Shown one piece after another: positions 40,895-52,664 of a stretch of 64,000 bases of DNA. The notes under the pieces were generated by a model, which had not been told where the DNA came from, did no database searches, and saw only the letters and a program-made list of their open reading frames with translations. The stretch spans positions 672,001 to 736,000 of the forward strand of contig OZ243956.1 in NCBI GenBank assembly GCA_965214405.1, read 5' to 3'. The stretch is from Trueperaceae bacterium (GTDB lineage: Bacteria; Deinococcota; Deinococci; Deinococcales; Trueperaceae). The position numbers and the translations under genes were made by a program. Positions within the stretch are counted from its first letter, which is position 1, and the number at the start of each line of letters is the position of its first letter.

Positions 40895-42352
40895 ATGGAG
40901 AAGAAGCCGAGAGTCGTCATCGTGGGCGCGGGGTTTGCAGGGCTTTACGCGGCCAAGGCGCTCAAATGGGCACCCGTGGACGTGCTCATGATAGACCAGC
41001 ACAACTACCACACCTTTCAGCCGCTCCTCTATCAGGTCGCCACCGCGCAGCTCGAGCCCGACGAAATTGCCCACACCGTGCGCGGCACCTTCCAGGGCTT
41101 TTGGAATTTCAACTTCCGTCAGGGCACGGTGACGGGTGTTGACTGGGACCAAAAAGAGGTTTTGTTGGCCGACGGCGACGCGATTAGTTTTGATTATCTC
41201 ATCGTCGCGGCGGGCGCGGTTTACAACGACTTCGGCATCGAGGGCGTAAAAGAGCACGGCTACTTCTTAAAAAGCCTTTCCGAGTCGGTCAACATCAGAA
41301 GCCATATGCTCCGGCAGTTCGAGCGGGCGAGCGCGGACCCCAGCCTCATTGACGAGGGGATTTTGAATTTCGTCATCGTCGGCGGCGGCCCCACGGGCGT
41401 TGAGATGGCGGGCGCGATGACCGAACTTTTTGACAAGGTTCTGCCCGAAGACTACCCTAATATTGACCTCACCAGGGCCAAGGTGATTTTGGTTGAGATG
41501 ATGGACGGACTTTTGCCGCCCTTCAGCAAAAAGACGCAGAAGTACACAAAGCGGGTGCTCGAGAACCGCGGCGTCGAGGTGCGTCTGGGTACCACCGTGT
41601 CGGAGGTGCGCGCGCACGAGGTCGAACTCAAGAGCGGCGAGATCATCCCGACTGAGACGCTGCTCTGGGCCGCGGGCATCCGCGCGAGCCCGCTCGTCGA
41701 GGCGTTGGGCGTCGAGCTAACCAAGGGCTACCGGGTGGCTGTCGCGGACGACCTGAGCCTGCTCGACCGCCCTTACGCCTTTATGGCCGGGGACATGTCG
41801 GGCGCAATGGACGGTCAGGGGCGACTTTACCCGCAGGTCGCGCAGGTCGCTATTCAGCAGGGTAAGCACGCCGCTAAGCAGATTCAACAGCTCATCAAAG
41901 GGGAACCTACCGACCCGTTTGAATACTTTGACAAGGGCATTATGGCGATTATCGGACGCAACGCGGGCGTCGCGGAACTCTCGAAGGTGTTTTTGGGGAT
42001 GCGCTTTCGGGGCTTTTTGGGCTGGCTGTCGTGGCTTTTTATTCACCTCGTCTACCTGCCCGGCCACCAGAACCGCGTCAACGCTCTCGCCAACTGGGCC
42101 TACAGCTACTTCACGTTTGACAGGCACTCGAGGCTCATCACCGACATGGAGCCCTCGCCCGCGGAGATTACGGACAAGACGGGCAAGCTGGTCTCGGACG
42201 TGTACATTGCCCAGCAGCGCGAGTCCGACGCGCTCTTAAAAAGGCTCAGTGAGCAACCCAAGGAGCGGCTGATCGTCAACCCCGGAAAACCTGCCGAGCC
42301 CGAAAAGGGACCCAGAGAGAGGCAGCCCGCGGTAACGGTCGCGTCCCGCTAA
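40895..42352 (+). CDS. ndh: Type II NADH dehydrogenase
   Basis: GAGFAG, FQPLLYQVAT, GGGPTGVE and AQVAIQQG motifs. Confidence 0.92.
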   Translation: MEKKPRVVIVGAGFAGLYAAKALKWAPVDVLMIDQHNYHTFQPLLYQVATAQLEPDEIAHTVRGTFQGFWNFNFRQGTVTGVDWDQKEVLLADGDAISFDYLIVAAGAVYNDFGIEGVKEHGYFLKSLSESVNIRSHMLRQFERASADPSLIDEGILNFVIVGGGPTGVEMAGAMTELFDKVLPEDYPNIDLTRAKVILVEMMDGLLPPFSKKTQKYTKRVLENRGVEVRLGTTVSEVRAHEVELKSGEIIPTETLLWAAGIRASPLVEALGVELTKGYRVAVADDLSLLDRPYAFMAGDMSGAMDGQGRLYPQVAQVAIQQGKHAAKQIQQLIKGEPTDPFEYFDKGIMAIIGRNAGVAELSKVFLGMRFRGFLGWLSWLFIHLVYLPGHQNRVNALANWAYSYFTFDRHSRLITDMEPSPAEITDKTGKLVSDVYIAQQRESDALLKRLSEQPKERLIVNPGKPAEPEKGPRERQPAVTVASR

Positions 42353-42418
42353 ACCTTTACCGCCAAAGTTCGGTTGAAGTCCGAGCGTTCTCTCGCAACA
42401 TCTTAGATTTAGTAGGTT

Positions 42419-42451
42419 AAAGCCGCTGTGAAATAGTGCAGCGGCTTTTTT
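42419..42451 (+). terminator. Intrinsic terminator
   Basis: AAAGCCGCTG-10 nt-CAGCGGCTTT followed by a T tract. Confidence 0.8.
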
Positions 42452-42486
42452 GTTGCGCTATACAACCCGGACTTCGGCTGTGAACG

Positions 42487-42515
42487 TTGACGATTCCACC
42501 GTTTTGCGTTACGCT
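42487..42515 (+). promoter_or_regulatory. Sigma70 promoter of the cox-like operon
   Basis: TTGACG-17 nt-TACGCT. Confidence 0.6.
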
Positions 42516-42631
42516 GACTCTGTCAACGTAGCTCAGCTCTAACCAGCACTGTGGAACGTCTGGAGACGCAGTATCGCTTAACGGCCCCGCGCCTCAGCGT
42601 CACCCAACCCGCTTCATATAGAGGAGGCCCG

Positions 42632-43078
42632 ATGAAGGTCGAGGGTTCGCACACCATTAGAGCGCCCAGGAAAAAAGTTTGGCGGATGCTCCAGGACCCG
42701 GACGTGCTCGCTAAAACGACGCCGGGCGTGAAAACGATGGAGCGGGAGGGCGAGGACCGCTACCGCGCGACGCTCGAGCTCGGCGTCGGCCCCGTCCGCG
42801 GCACCTTTGAGGGTCACGTCGAGATTACGAACAAGCGCGAACCCGAGGCGATGACCCTGGCTGTGGAGGGTCAGGGCGGGCCGGGCGGCGTCAAGGCCGA
42901 GGGAAGGTTGAGGCTCGAGGAGGAGGGCGACAGCACGGTGGTTCACTACGAGGGCGAACCGCAGATTTCGGGCCGTCTCGCCTCCGTGGGCGGGCGTTTG
43001 GTCGGCGGCGTGGCGAAAAAGTTGGCTGGACAGTTTTTCGAGCGGCTGGACAAAGAGGCGCAGAGCTACCCGGCTTGA
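42632..43078 (+). CDS. coxG: CoxG / SRPBCC family protein
   Basis: VW..L.DP.VL...PG and [10 protein letters not shown] motifs; GAGGAGG RBS. Confidence 0.88.
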   Translation: MKVEGSHTIRAPRKKVWRMLQDPDVLAKTTPGVKTMEREGEDRYRATLELGVGPVRGTFEGHVEITNKREPEAMTLAVEGQGGPGGVKAEGRLRLEEEGDSTVVHYEGEPQISGRLASVGGRLVGGVAKKLAGQFFERLDKEAQSYPA

Positions 43079-43145
43079 GGGTTCCGGGATTTTTGATTCG
43101 TTTTGGATTCTAAATCAGATGTTTGGTTCAGGTTCAGGAGGATGT

Positions 43146-43643
43146 ATGGGAACACAGGTCAAGGTAAAGGTCAATGGCAAGGCGTACACGCGCGAGGTCG
43201 AGCCGAGGGAACTCCTCGTGCATTTCATTCGTGAAGGACTCGGCCTAACGGGCACACACGTGGGCTGCGACACGAGCAGTTGCGGGGCCTGCACGGTCCT
43301 CATGGACGGGCTCGCGGTCAAATCCTGCACGGTCTTGACCGTCCAGGCGGACGGCGCGGAACTCACCACCGTCGAAGGGCTCGCGCAAGGGGACGAGCTT
43401 CACCCCATCCAGCAGGGTTTTTGGGAGGAGCACGGCCTCCAGTGCGGCTACTGCACGCCGGGTTTTATGATGGCGACGGTGCAGCTTCTGGAGCGCAACC
43501 CCGATCCCAGCGAGGACGACATCCGCCACGGCCTAGACGGCAACTACTGCCGCTGCACGGGCTACCACAACATCGTGCGGGCGGTGCGCTACGCCGCCGA
43601 AAAAATGCGCGCGGGCGCGTCACAGCCCGTCGCGGCAGACTAA
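43146..43643 (+). CDS. coxS: 2Fe-2S small subunit of the molybdo-hydroxylase
   Basis: [19 protein letters not shown] and CRCTGY motifs. Confidence 0.93.
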   Translation: MGTQVKVKVNGKAYTREVEPRELLVHFIREGLGLTGTHVGCDTSSCGACTVLMDGLAVKSCTVLTVQADGAELTTVEGLAQGDELHPIQQGFWEEHGLQCGYCTPGFMMATVQLLERNPDPSEDDIRHGLDGNYCRCTGYHNIVRAVRYAAEKMRAGASQPVAAD

Positions 43644-43674
43644 GCAGACTAAATAGAGAGACAAGGAGATTAAA

Positions 43675-46041
<2,367 letters not shown>

Positions 46042-46053
46042 GAGGTTTGGACG

Positions 46054-46914
46054 ATGTACCCCTCAGCGTTTTCTTATCACACCCCAGCGTCCGTCGAAGA
46101 GGCCGTTAGCCTCCTCCAAGAACACGGTATGGACGCCAAGCTGCTCGCGGGCGGCCATAGCCTCCTGCCCACCATGAAGCTGCGCTTAGCCACCCCCGCC
46201 CACGTGGTCGATATGAAAGGTTTGCGGAGTTCACTCCAGTACATCCGCGACGAGGGTGACGCGGTTGCTATTGGCGCGCTCACCACGCACCACATGGTTG
46301 AGACGTCAAACTTGCTTAAAGAAAGAGCGCCCGTGCTGGTCCATACGGCGACGCACGTCGGCGACCTCCAGGTGCGCAACCTTGGCACCATCGGCGGCTC
46401 GGTGGCCCACGCCGACCCCGCCGGGGACTTTCCCGCCGCCATCCTCGCCTCGGAAACCGAAATGGTCGTGCAGGGACCCAACGGCAGACGGACGGTTCCC
46501 GCCGCAGAGTTTTTCTTCGGGTTTTTTGAGACGGCCTTGGAAGAGGGCGAGATTTTGGTCGAACTGCGTGTGCCTGCGTCAAGGGGCGGCTCGAGCTACC
46601 AAAAGTTTCGCCACCCCGCTTCGGGCTACGCGGTCTGCGGTGCGGCGGTGGTACTTGAAAAAGAAGGCGACACTGTCAGAAAAGCCCGCGTCGGCATTAC
46701 GGGTGTGTCTGACGGAGCTTATCGCGCGACGGGAGTAGAAGAGGCGCTCGCGGGTCAATCCTTCAGCCCCGAACTCGCCGCCACCGCCGCCGAACGTGCC
46801 GCGGAAGGTGTTGACCCCTTGGAGGACACCTTTGCGGGCGCGGACTATAGGCGTCAGCTCGCTAAGACCTATACCAAAAGGGCGCTGCTCGAGGCCTGGG
46901 AGCGCGCGGGCTAA
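46054..46914 (+). CDS. coxM: FAD-binding medium subunit
   Basis: AGGHSLLP and QVRNLGTIGGS.AHADP motifs. Confidence 0.93.
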   Translation: MYPSAFSYHTPASVEEAVSLLQEHGMDAKLLAGGHSLLPTMKLRLATPAHVVDMKGLRSSLQYIRDEGDAVAIGALTTHHMVETSNLLKERAPVLVHTATHVGDLQVRNLGTIGGSVAHADPAGDFPAAILASETEMVVQGPNGRRTVPAAEFFFGFFETALEEGEILVELRVPASRGGSSYQKFRHPASGYAVCGAAVVLEKEGDTVRKARVGITGVSDGAYRATGVEEALAGQSFSPELAATAAERAAEGVDPLEDTFAGADYRRQLAKTYTKRALLEAWERAG

Positions 46915-47033
46915 ATTCAAAGGATTGCTCATAAGGGTGCTGACGTTGTGCGGCACCCTTTTTTCTTATGGCGTTCCGTCCAGCATCAAACCGAAAGACC
47001 GTCGTACAAAAAGGCCCGTGCTAGATTGGAAGG

Positions 47034-48266
47034 GTGGCACTGCTCGAGCGCAAAGCGCAGACCTTGCAAGAAGCGATACGCAACCTCAACCCACAACATT
47101 CGCTGAGTGTTGATGAGTTAGCCAAGTTTTACGTAGCGCGAGAAGGCAGTCCGGTTGAGCGTGTAGCTATCTCTCTCGAGGACCCTTCCCCGCAGAAGTT
47201 TCTGTTCACAGGACACCGGGGCAACGGCAAGAGCACAGAACTTGCCAAGCTCGAGGCTAAACTTCAAGACCGATTTTTTGTTGTACGTTACGCCCTCAAA
47301 AACGTTCTCGACCTTCACGACCTCACTTATATCGACGTGCTCCTTTCGCTTGCGCTGCAACTTGCCGAAAGTGCCAAGGACAAGGTTAAACTTTCCAAAA
47401 ACACGCGCAGCGCTTTAGAGAGCCTTTGGTCCTTCGGTCTGGGTATCGAAAAGCAAACGGAAACCGGAACGACTAAGGGTTGGCAGGCTGAGCTGGGGCT
47501 TGGCGAAGCTGTGAGTACACTATTAAGGCTCGGGGTTCGTATCAAGAGCGAGCACGTCACCCGCCAAGCTTTGCGTGAAAAGGTTCGCTACCGCGTTTCC
47601 GACTTGCTCAAGGGCTTGGACATCCTCGCCCAAGACGTCTTCGACGAAACCGGCAAACGCGTCCTTTGCATCGTTGAAGACCTTGACAAAATAGATTTAA
47701 AAGAAGCCAGAACCATCTTTTACGACCACGGTAAATCCATCAGCGCCCCCGACCTGACCATCAACATCATCTATACATTCCCCGTAGCACTCGGTCACAG
47801 CGACGAGTTTATGCAAATCCGTCACTTCTTTAGCGACACGCCCATTTTGCCCAATTTCAAACTAACCGATGAGAGGGGCGTGGAAAGTTTACGCCATCTC
47901 CTCCTCAACCGGGTCGAGGCGTCTCTTTTTGAAGAAGAAGCGCTGGATATGCTTGTTGAGTTTAGCGGTGGTATCCCCAGACAGTTCATCACTTTAGCCA
48001 GGGACGCAAGCTTGGAAGCACGTGTGGCGGCGCAAGCAAAAGTCATGGTGGAACACGCGCACGACGCCGTCGCCCGCGAGCGGCAGAACTTTTCAAGGAT
48101 GTTGAGCGAGGAGCAGCTAAGCCTACTAAGGCGCGTTAAAGAAGAGAAGAAGATTGACCAAACGCCTGCCTATCAAACTCTGCTGCATACTTTGAGCGTG
48201 CTCGAGTACAGCAATCACGATATTTGGTATGACGTAAATCCTTTAGTGAATGATTTGCTGAAGTAA
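47034..48266 (+). CDS. P-loop ATPase (KAP/STAND-like)
   Basis: Walker A GHRGNGKS, Walker B CIVEDLDK, SGGIPR and C-terminal WYDVNPLV. Confidence 0.85.
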   Translation: MALLERKAQTLQEAIRNLNPQHSLSVDELAKFYVAREGSPVERVAISLEDPSPQKFLFTGHRGNGKSTELAKLEAKLQDRFFVVRYALKNVLDLHDLTYIDVLLSLALQLAESAKDKVKLSKNTRSALESLWSFGLGIEKQTETGTTKGWQAELGLGEAVSTLLRLGVRIKSEHVTRQALREKVRYRVSDLLKGLDILAQDVFDETGKRVLCIVEDLDKIDLKEARTIFYDHGKSISAPDLTINIIYTFPVALGHSDEFMQIRHFFSDTPILPNFKLTDERGVESLRHLLLNRVEASLFEEEALDMLVEFSGGIPRQFITLARDASLEARVAAQAKVMVEHAHDAVARERQNFSRMLSEEQLSLLRRVKEEKKIDQTPAYQTLLHTLSVLEYSNHDIWYDVNPLVNDLLK

Positions 48267-48267
48267 C

Positions 48268-49683
48268 ATGTCTATTCAAGCCGACATAGACCACGACTAC
48301 CGCAGAATAAAGATTCTGCTCGAGGCCACCGACTCTTTCGTTCTCACCTTCGCCTTGTACCGAGACGCCAAAGAGCAGCGCGAGAATGCCGGGAAGTTAA
48401 GGGAAATGCTCGAGCTCCCCATCACTCAAGTCGCGCTAAAAGGCGACAACCTCAACCCGGTCAGAACGTTTTTAGACCTACCCAAAGAACCCCGCCAAGC
48501 CATTTTCTTCACCTTTCTGGGCAGCAGCCTACCCGAAGGCAAAAGCGACTTCGACAAGTTTGCGGGCTATGTCAACATCCAACGCGAAGCCTTTACCGAC
48601 GCGCCTCACGCGGTGGTGCTGTGGCTGCGCGAGGAGCAGCTTGTGCGGCTGATGAGGCGCGCGCCGGACTTTTGGGCGTGGCGGAGCGGGGTATTTGATT
48701 TTCGTGGGGAGCTTACAATAGGTTCTGTGATTCAGCGTGAACGCTCGTTTACCAGCACTCACGAGAGAGCACAGTTAGAAGAACAAGTGGCGCTTTACCA
48801 AGAAATTCTCAAATCGCAGTTACAGCGGGACGAACCTGATTTAGCGTATATCGTTCGTACACGCACACGTTTAGCCGCGGCTCTAAACAATTTGGGGCTT
48901 TTTCGAGAGATGGTTTCCGAAGCTCAGGAAGCCCTTTCAACAGCGCAAATGCTTGGTAATGAAAAGCTCATGGCCGATTCTTTTAGTGGTTTAGCTGTTG
49001 CTTATCATATGTTAGACAATTACGATGAAGCCGAAATTTTCTACCGCAAAGCCATCACACTCTCAGAAAGTTTTTATGGCAGACATGTAGGTTACGTCAA
49101 CAATCTTACTAACTTAGCAGAGTTACTTACCACAACGGAGCGTTATGACGAAGCTGAAGCTCTTCTCAAAGAGGCCGTAGAACTTGCCGAAAAAGTTCTT
49201 GGAAAAGAACATCCAAGTTATTCAAACAGCCTCGGCAGCTTTGCAAATCTTCTTGCAACTACAGGACGCTATAGTGAGGCTGAATCTCTTTATCGAAAAG
49301 TCATAGACCTTCGTATAGAAACTTTCGGCAAAAAGCATCCAAAATATGCCACCTCTATCTACAACTTAGCAAGGTTGCTAAAGAAATTGGGACGTTATGA
49401 TGAGGCTGAACCTCTTTACAGGGAAGCGATAGAGATTACCGAAAAAGCTCTTGGCAGAGAGCATCCGAATTACTCGCTTAGCCTCCACAATTTAGCCGAT
49501 TTGCTTGTGAAGATGGGACGTTATGATGAGGCTGAATTTCTTTTTCATGAAGCTTTAGAAGGATGTCGTGAGTATCTAGGGGAAACACATTTACGTACAA
49601 AAGGTGTTGAAGAGGACTACCAACACCTCAAACAAGAACTTTTGAATTTGGATGTCGAGCGAGCCTTGGGTGAAACAGTCTAA
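48268..49683 (+). CDS. TPR protein with 42-aa kinesin-light-chain-type repeats and an N-terminal APDFWAWRSGVF domain
   Basis: NNLA.L....GRYDEAE.LY repeats at a 126-nt period. Confidence 0.88.
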   Translation: MSIQADIDHDYRRIKILLEATDSFVLTFALYRDAKEQRENAGKLREMLELPITQVALKGDNLNPVRTFLDLPKEPRQAIFFTFLGSSLPEGKSDFDKFAGYVNIQREAFTDAPHAVVLWLREEQLVRLMRRAPDFWAWRSGVFDFRGELTIGSVIQRERSFTSTHERAQLEEQVALYQEILKSQLQRDEPDLAYIVRTRTRLAAALNNLGLFREMVSEAQEALSTAQMLGNEKLMADSFSGLAVAYHMLDNYDEAEIFYRKAITLSESFYGRHVGYVNNLTNLAELLTTTERYDEAEALLKEAVELAEKVLGKEHPSYSNSLGSFANLLATTGRYSEAESLYRKVIDLRIETFGKKHPKYATSIYNLARLLKKLGRYDEAEPLYREAIEITEKALGREHPNYSLSLHNLADLLVKMGRYDEAEFLFHEALEGCREYLGETHLRTKGVEEDYQHLKQELLNLDVERALGETV

Positions 49684-49722
49684 CCATCCTCAGCACTTCC
49701 CCGACCTGCTACACTACACCCA

Positions 49723-50667
49723 ATGCACCCCGACATCTCAGGCGTCCAGCAAACCCTGGCCTCCCACGGCTACATCGCCGACCGGGCCACCGCCACGGCC
49801 CTCCATCTGGCGAACAAGCTGGGCCGCCCGCTGCTCATCGAAGGCCCCGCGGGGGTGGGCAAAACCGAAATCGCCAAGGTGACGGCCCTGGCCGCCCAAA
49901 CTGAGCTCATCCGCTTGCAGTGCTACGAAGGGCTCGACTCGAGCGCCGCCATCTACGAGTGGAACTATCAAAAGCAGCTTCTCCACATCCGCGTGACGGA
50001 AGGGGCGGACAGACCCCTAGAAGCGCGTGAGGCAGACATTTTTGGTCCCCGGTTTCTGCTCGAGCGCCCCCTCCTCAAGGCCATCACCGCTACTACTCCC
50101 CCTGTGCTCTTGATTGACGAGATTGACCGCGCCGACGAGGCGTTCGAGGCGTTTTTGCTAGAACTCCTCTCCGATTGGCAGATTTCCATCCCCGAACTCG
50201 GCACGCTGCGCGCGGCGCACCCCCCTACCACCGTCTTGACGAGCAACCGCACCCGCGAGCTCTCCGACGCGCTGCGCCGCCGCTGCCTCTACCTCTGGAT
50301 TGACTACCCGCCCTTTGACAAGGAGTTGCAAATCGTCAAAGGAAGCGTGCCGGGACTGAGCGAGACTTTGAGCGCCCGCGTCGTCGCTTTTGTGCAACTC
50401 TTGCGCCGCCTGTCGCTCGAGAAAACCCCCGGCGTCGCCGAAACGCTCGACTGGGCGGCGGCGTTAGTTGCGTTAGACGCGGACAATCTGGACAGGGAGG
50501 TGCTCGAGACCACCGTCAGCGTGCTCCTCAAACACCACGAGGACGGGCGGCGCTTCCGCAGCGTTTGGCTGGATGTTCTCTTGCGGGGTCTCAATATGGT
50601 CGAGCCGGGGCGGGAGCTCTTAACGCTCGAGCGAGCATGGCAGCAGGTAGAATCCGCGCTCAAATGA
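49723..50667 (+). CDS. coxD: MoxR AAA+ ATPase, CoxD-like
   Basis: GPAGVGKT, RLQCYEGLD, LLIDEIDR and DALRRRC motifs. Confidence 0.88.
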   Translation: MHPDISGVQQTLASHGYIADRATATALHLANKLGRPLLIEGPAGVGKTEIAKVTALAAQTELIRLQCYEGLDSSAAIYEWNYQKQLLHIRVTEGADRPLEAREADIFGPRFLLERPLLKAITATTPPVLLIDEIDRADEAFEAFLLELLSDWQISIPELGTLRAAHPPTTVLTSNRTRELSDALRRRCLYLWIDYPPFDKELQIVKGSVPGLSETLSARVVAFVQLLRRLSLEKTPGVAETLDWAAALVALDADNLDREVLETTVSVLLKHHEDGRRFRSVWLDVLLRGLNMVEPGRELLTLERAWQQVESALK

Positions 50668-51803
50668 CGGGACCCTATCCGGGCACGCTTACCGCCAACC
50701 TCCTCACCTTCGCTCGCCTCCTGCGCGAGGCCGAACTGCTGGTGGGGCCGCAGGAGGTGGCGCTGGGGCTTCAGGCGCTTTCTTACGTTGACCTTCATGA
50801 CCGGGAGGAGGTGCGGCTGGCGCTTAGGGGTGTTTTTGTGGGGAGTCCGCTCGAGGGGAGGCGCTTCGACGGTCTTTTTGAGCGCTACTGGCGGGGTGGC
50901 TTATTGACGCCCGACGAAACGCGTCCTGAACCCACCCCGAACCTTCCTCAACCTAAGAGGCTCGAGAACCCAAGCGTGCGCGACTGGTCCGCTAAGGAGA
51001 CGCACGACGACACGGTGGATACAGCGGGCTACAGCACCTTTGAAACACTCGTCAAAACTGACTTTGCGGTGGTGAGCACGGACGAGGTTGCAGCCGTGTC
51101 GCGCCTCGTCGCGGGGCTTGCGAAGCGGCTCGCCACCAAGGTGTCGCGGCGTTACCGGGCGAGCGCGCGCCAGGGGGAGGTGGCGGACGTGCGGCGCACC
51201 CTCCGGCGGAGCCTCAGCCGGGGCGGGGAACCGCTCGAGCTCGTTTATAAAAAGCGTGCGCTGGGCAAAACGCGCCTCCTATTTCTTTTCGACGTGTCGG
51301 GCTCGATGATGATTTACAGCGGGTTCTTGCTCCAAGTTGCCTACGCATTCGTGCAACTCCGCTCCCTCGGGCGCACCGAGGTCTTCGGCTTCGCCACCGA
51401 CCTCTACCGCCTCACGCCGCATCTACAAACGGGCGGCCCCGCCGAGGCCATCCGCGCCGCGCGCCGTGCGATGCTGGGGCGCTCGGGCGGCACCAAAATC
51501 GGCTCGAGCCTGCGCGCCTTTTTGGAGCGGCACGGTGCGCTGCTAGACCGGAAAACGGTGGTCATCATCGTGAGTGACGGTTGGGACACGGGCGAACTGG
51601 ACGTATTGTGTGACGCGATGCGTACGCTTAAAAGCCGCAGCGCGCGCCTCCTCTGGCTCAATCCTCTGGCGGGTAGCGCGGGCTACGCGCCCACCGCGGG
51701 CGGGATGCAGACGGCGTTGCCTTATATTGATGTGCTCGCTCCGGCGCACAATTTGGAGAGCCTGCGCGCGCTCGAGGGCCACCTGGTCAGGGGCTCGAGG
51801 TGA
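50664..51803 (+). CDS. coxE: vWA domain protein, CoxE-like
   Basis: DVSGSM MIDAS, GGTKIG, SDGWD and WLNPL motifs. Confidence 0.88.
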   Translation: MTGPYPGTLTANLLTFARLLREAELLVGPQEVALGLQALSYVDLHDREEVRLALRGVFVGSPLEGRRFDGLFERYWRGGLLTPDETRPEPTPNLPQPKRLENPSVRDWSAKETHDDTVDTAGYSTFETLVKTDFAVVSTDEVAAVSRLVAGLAKRLATKVSRRYRASARQGEVADVRRTLRRSLSRGGEPLELVYKKRALGKTRLLFLFDVSGSMMIYSGFLLQVAYAFVQLRSLGRTEVFGFATDLYRLTPHLQTGGPAEAIRAARRAMLGRSGGTKIGSSLRAFLERHGALLDRKTVVIIVSDGWDTGELDVLCDAMRTLKSRSARLLWLNPLAGSAGYAPTAGGMQTALPYIDVLAPAHNLESLRALEGHLVRGSR

Positions 51804-51857
51804 ATCACCCGATAAAGTGAGAGACACGGCTCCCTCTCCCCCGACGTATAGTGACAC

Positions 51858-52664
51858 ATGGACAAACACACGAGAGACTACCTTCACACCGCGGTCCGGG
51901 CCGCGCAGCTTGCGGGCAGCATCCAGCAGTACAACTTAGGCGGCGACTTAGGCATCAGCACTAAAACCTCCTTTACCGACCTCGTCACCCGCGTTGACAA
52001 GGAGTGCGAGGCGCGCATCCGCGAGATTTTGCTGGGCGCGTATCCCGACCACGTTGTTTTGGGTGAGGAGGAGGGGCAGCCGGGCGGTGAGTCGTCGCAC
52101 CGCTGGATTGTCGACCCCATCGACGGCACCTTGAATTACGCTCACGGTTTTCCCTTCTACTGCGTGTCGATCGCGCTCGAGGTCGAAGGCACTCTGCAAG
52201 TGGGCGTCGTTTACGACCCCTCGCGCAACGAACTCTTCACCGCCGCGCGGGATGAGGGCGCGTATCTCAACGGCGCTCCCATCTTTGTTACACAAGAAAA
52301 CGACCTCAAAAGCGCGATGCTGGCGACGGGCTTTGCCTACCGGGCGGACACCGCCTCGGAAAACGTCGAGATTTTCGCCAGGGTGATGCCCCAGTGCCGC
52401 GCCATCCGCCGTCCCGGTGCCGCCGCTTTAGACCTTGCCTACGTGGCCTGCGGGCGGCTGGACGGGTTTTGGGAACTCAAGCTCAACGCCTGGGACGTGG
52501 CGGCGGGCGTGCTGCTGATTCAAGAAGCGGGCGGCACCGTGACCGGGCCGTCGGGTGAGCCCTACAACCTGGGACGTAAAATTGTCGCCTCGAACGGCCA
52601 CGTCCACGGCAAACTGTTGGCGGCGCTGGGGCTCGAGAAGGTTCAAAATACCCACCAAGCATGA
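51858..52664 (+). CDS. suhB: Inositol monophosphatase family protein
   Basis: GEE, WIVDPIDGT and WDVAAG motifs. Confidence 0.88.
   Translation: MDKHTRDYLHTAVRAAQLAGSIQQYNLGGDLGISTKTSFTDLVTRVDKECEARIREILLGAYPDHVVLGEEEGQPGGESSHRWIVDPIDGTLNYAHGFPFYCVSIALEVEGTLQVGVVYDPSRNELFTAARDEGAYLNGAPIFVTQENDLKSAMLATGFAYRADTASENVEIFARVMPQCRAIRRPGAAALDLAYVACGRLDGFWELKLNAWDVAAGVLLIQEAGGTVTGPSGEPYNLGRKIVASNGHVHGKLLAALGLEKVQNTHQA

Noticed and set aside
49020..49560. Diversity-generating retroelement repeats
   Set aside because: These are in-frame 126-nt TPR repeats; differences are not adenine-specific and no reverse transcriptase is present.
49723..51803. MoxR-vWA ternary conflict system together with the ATPase-TPR pair
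   Set aside because: These genes look like ordinary CoxD/CoxE accessory proteins with host-like codons and their own -10 box; the adjacency is better explained by insertion.
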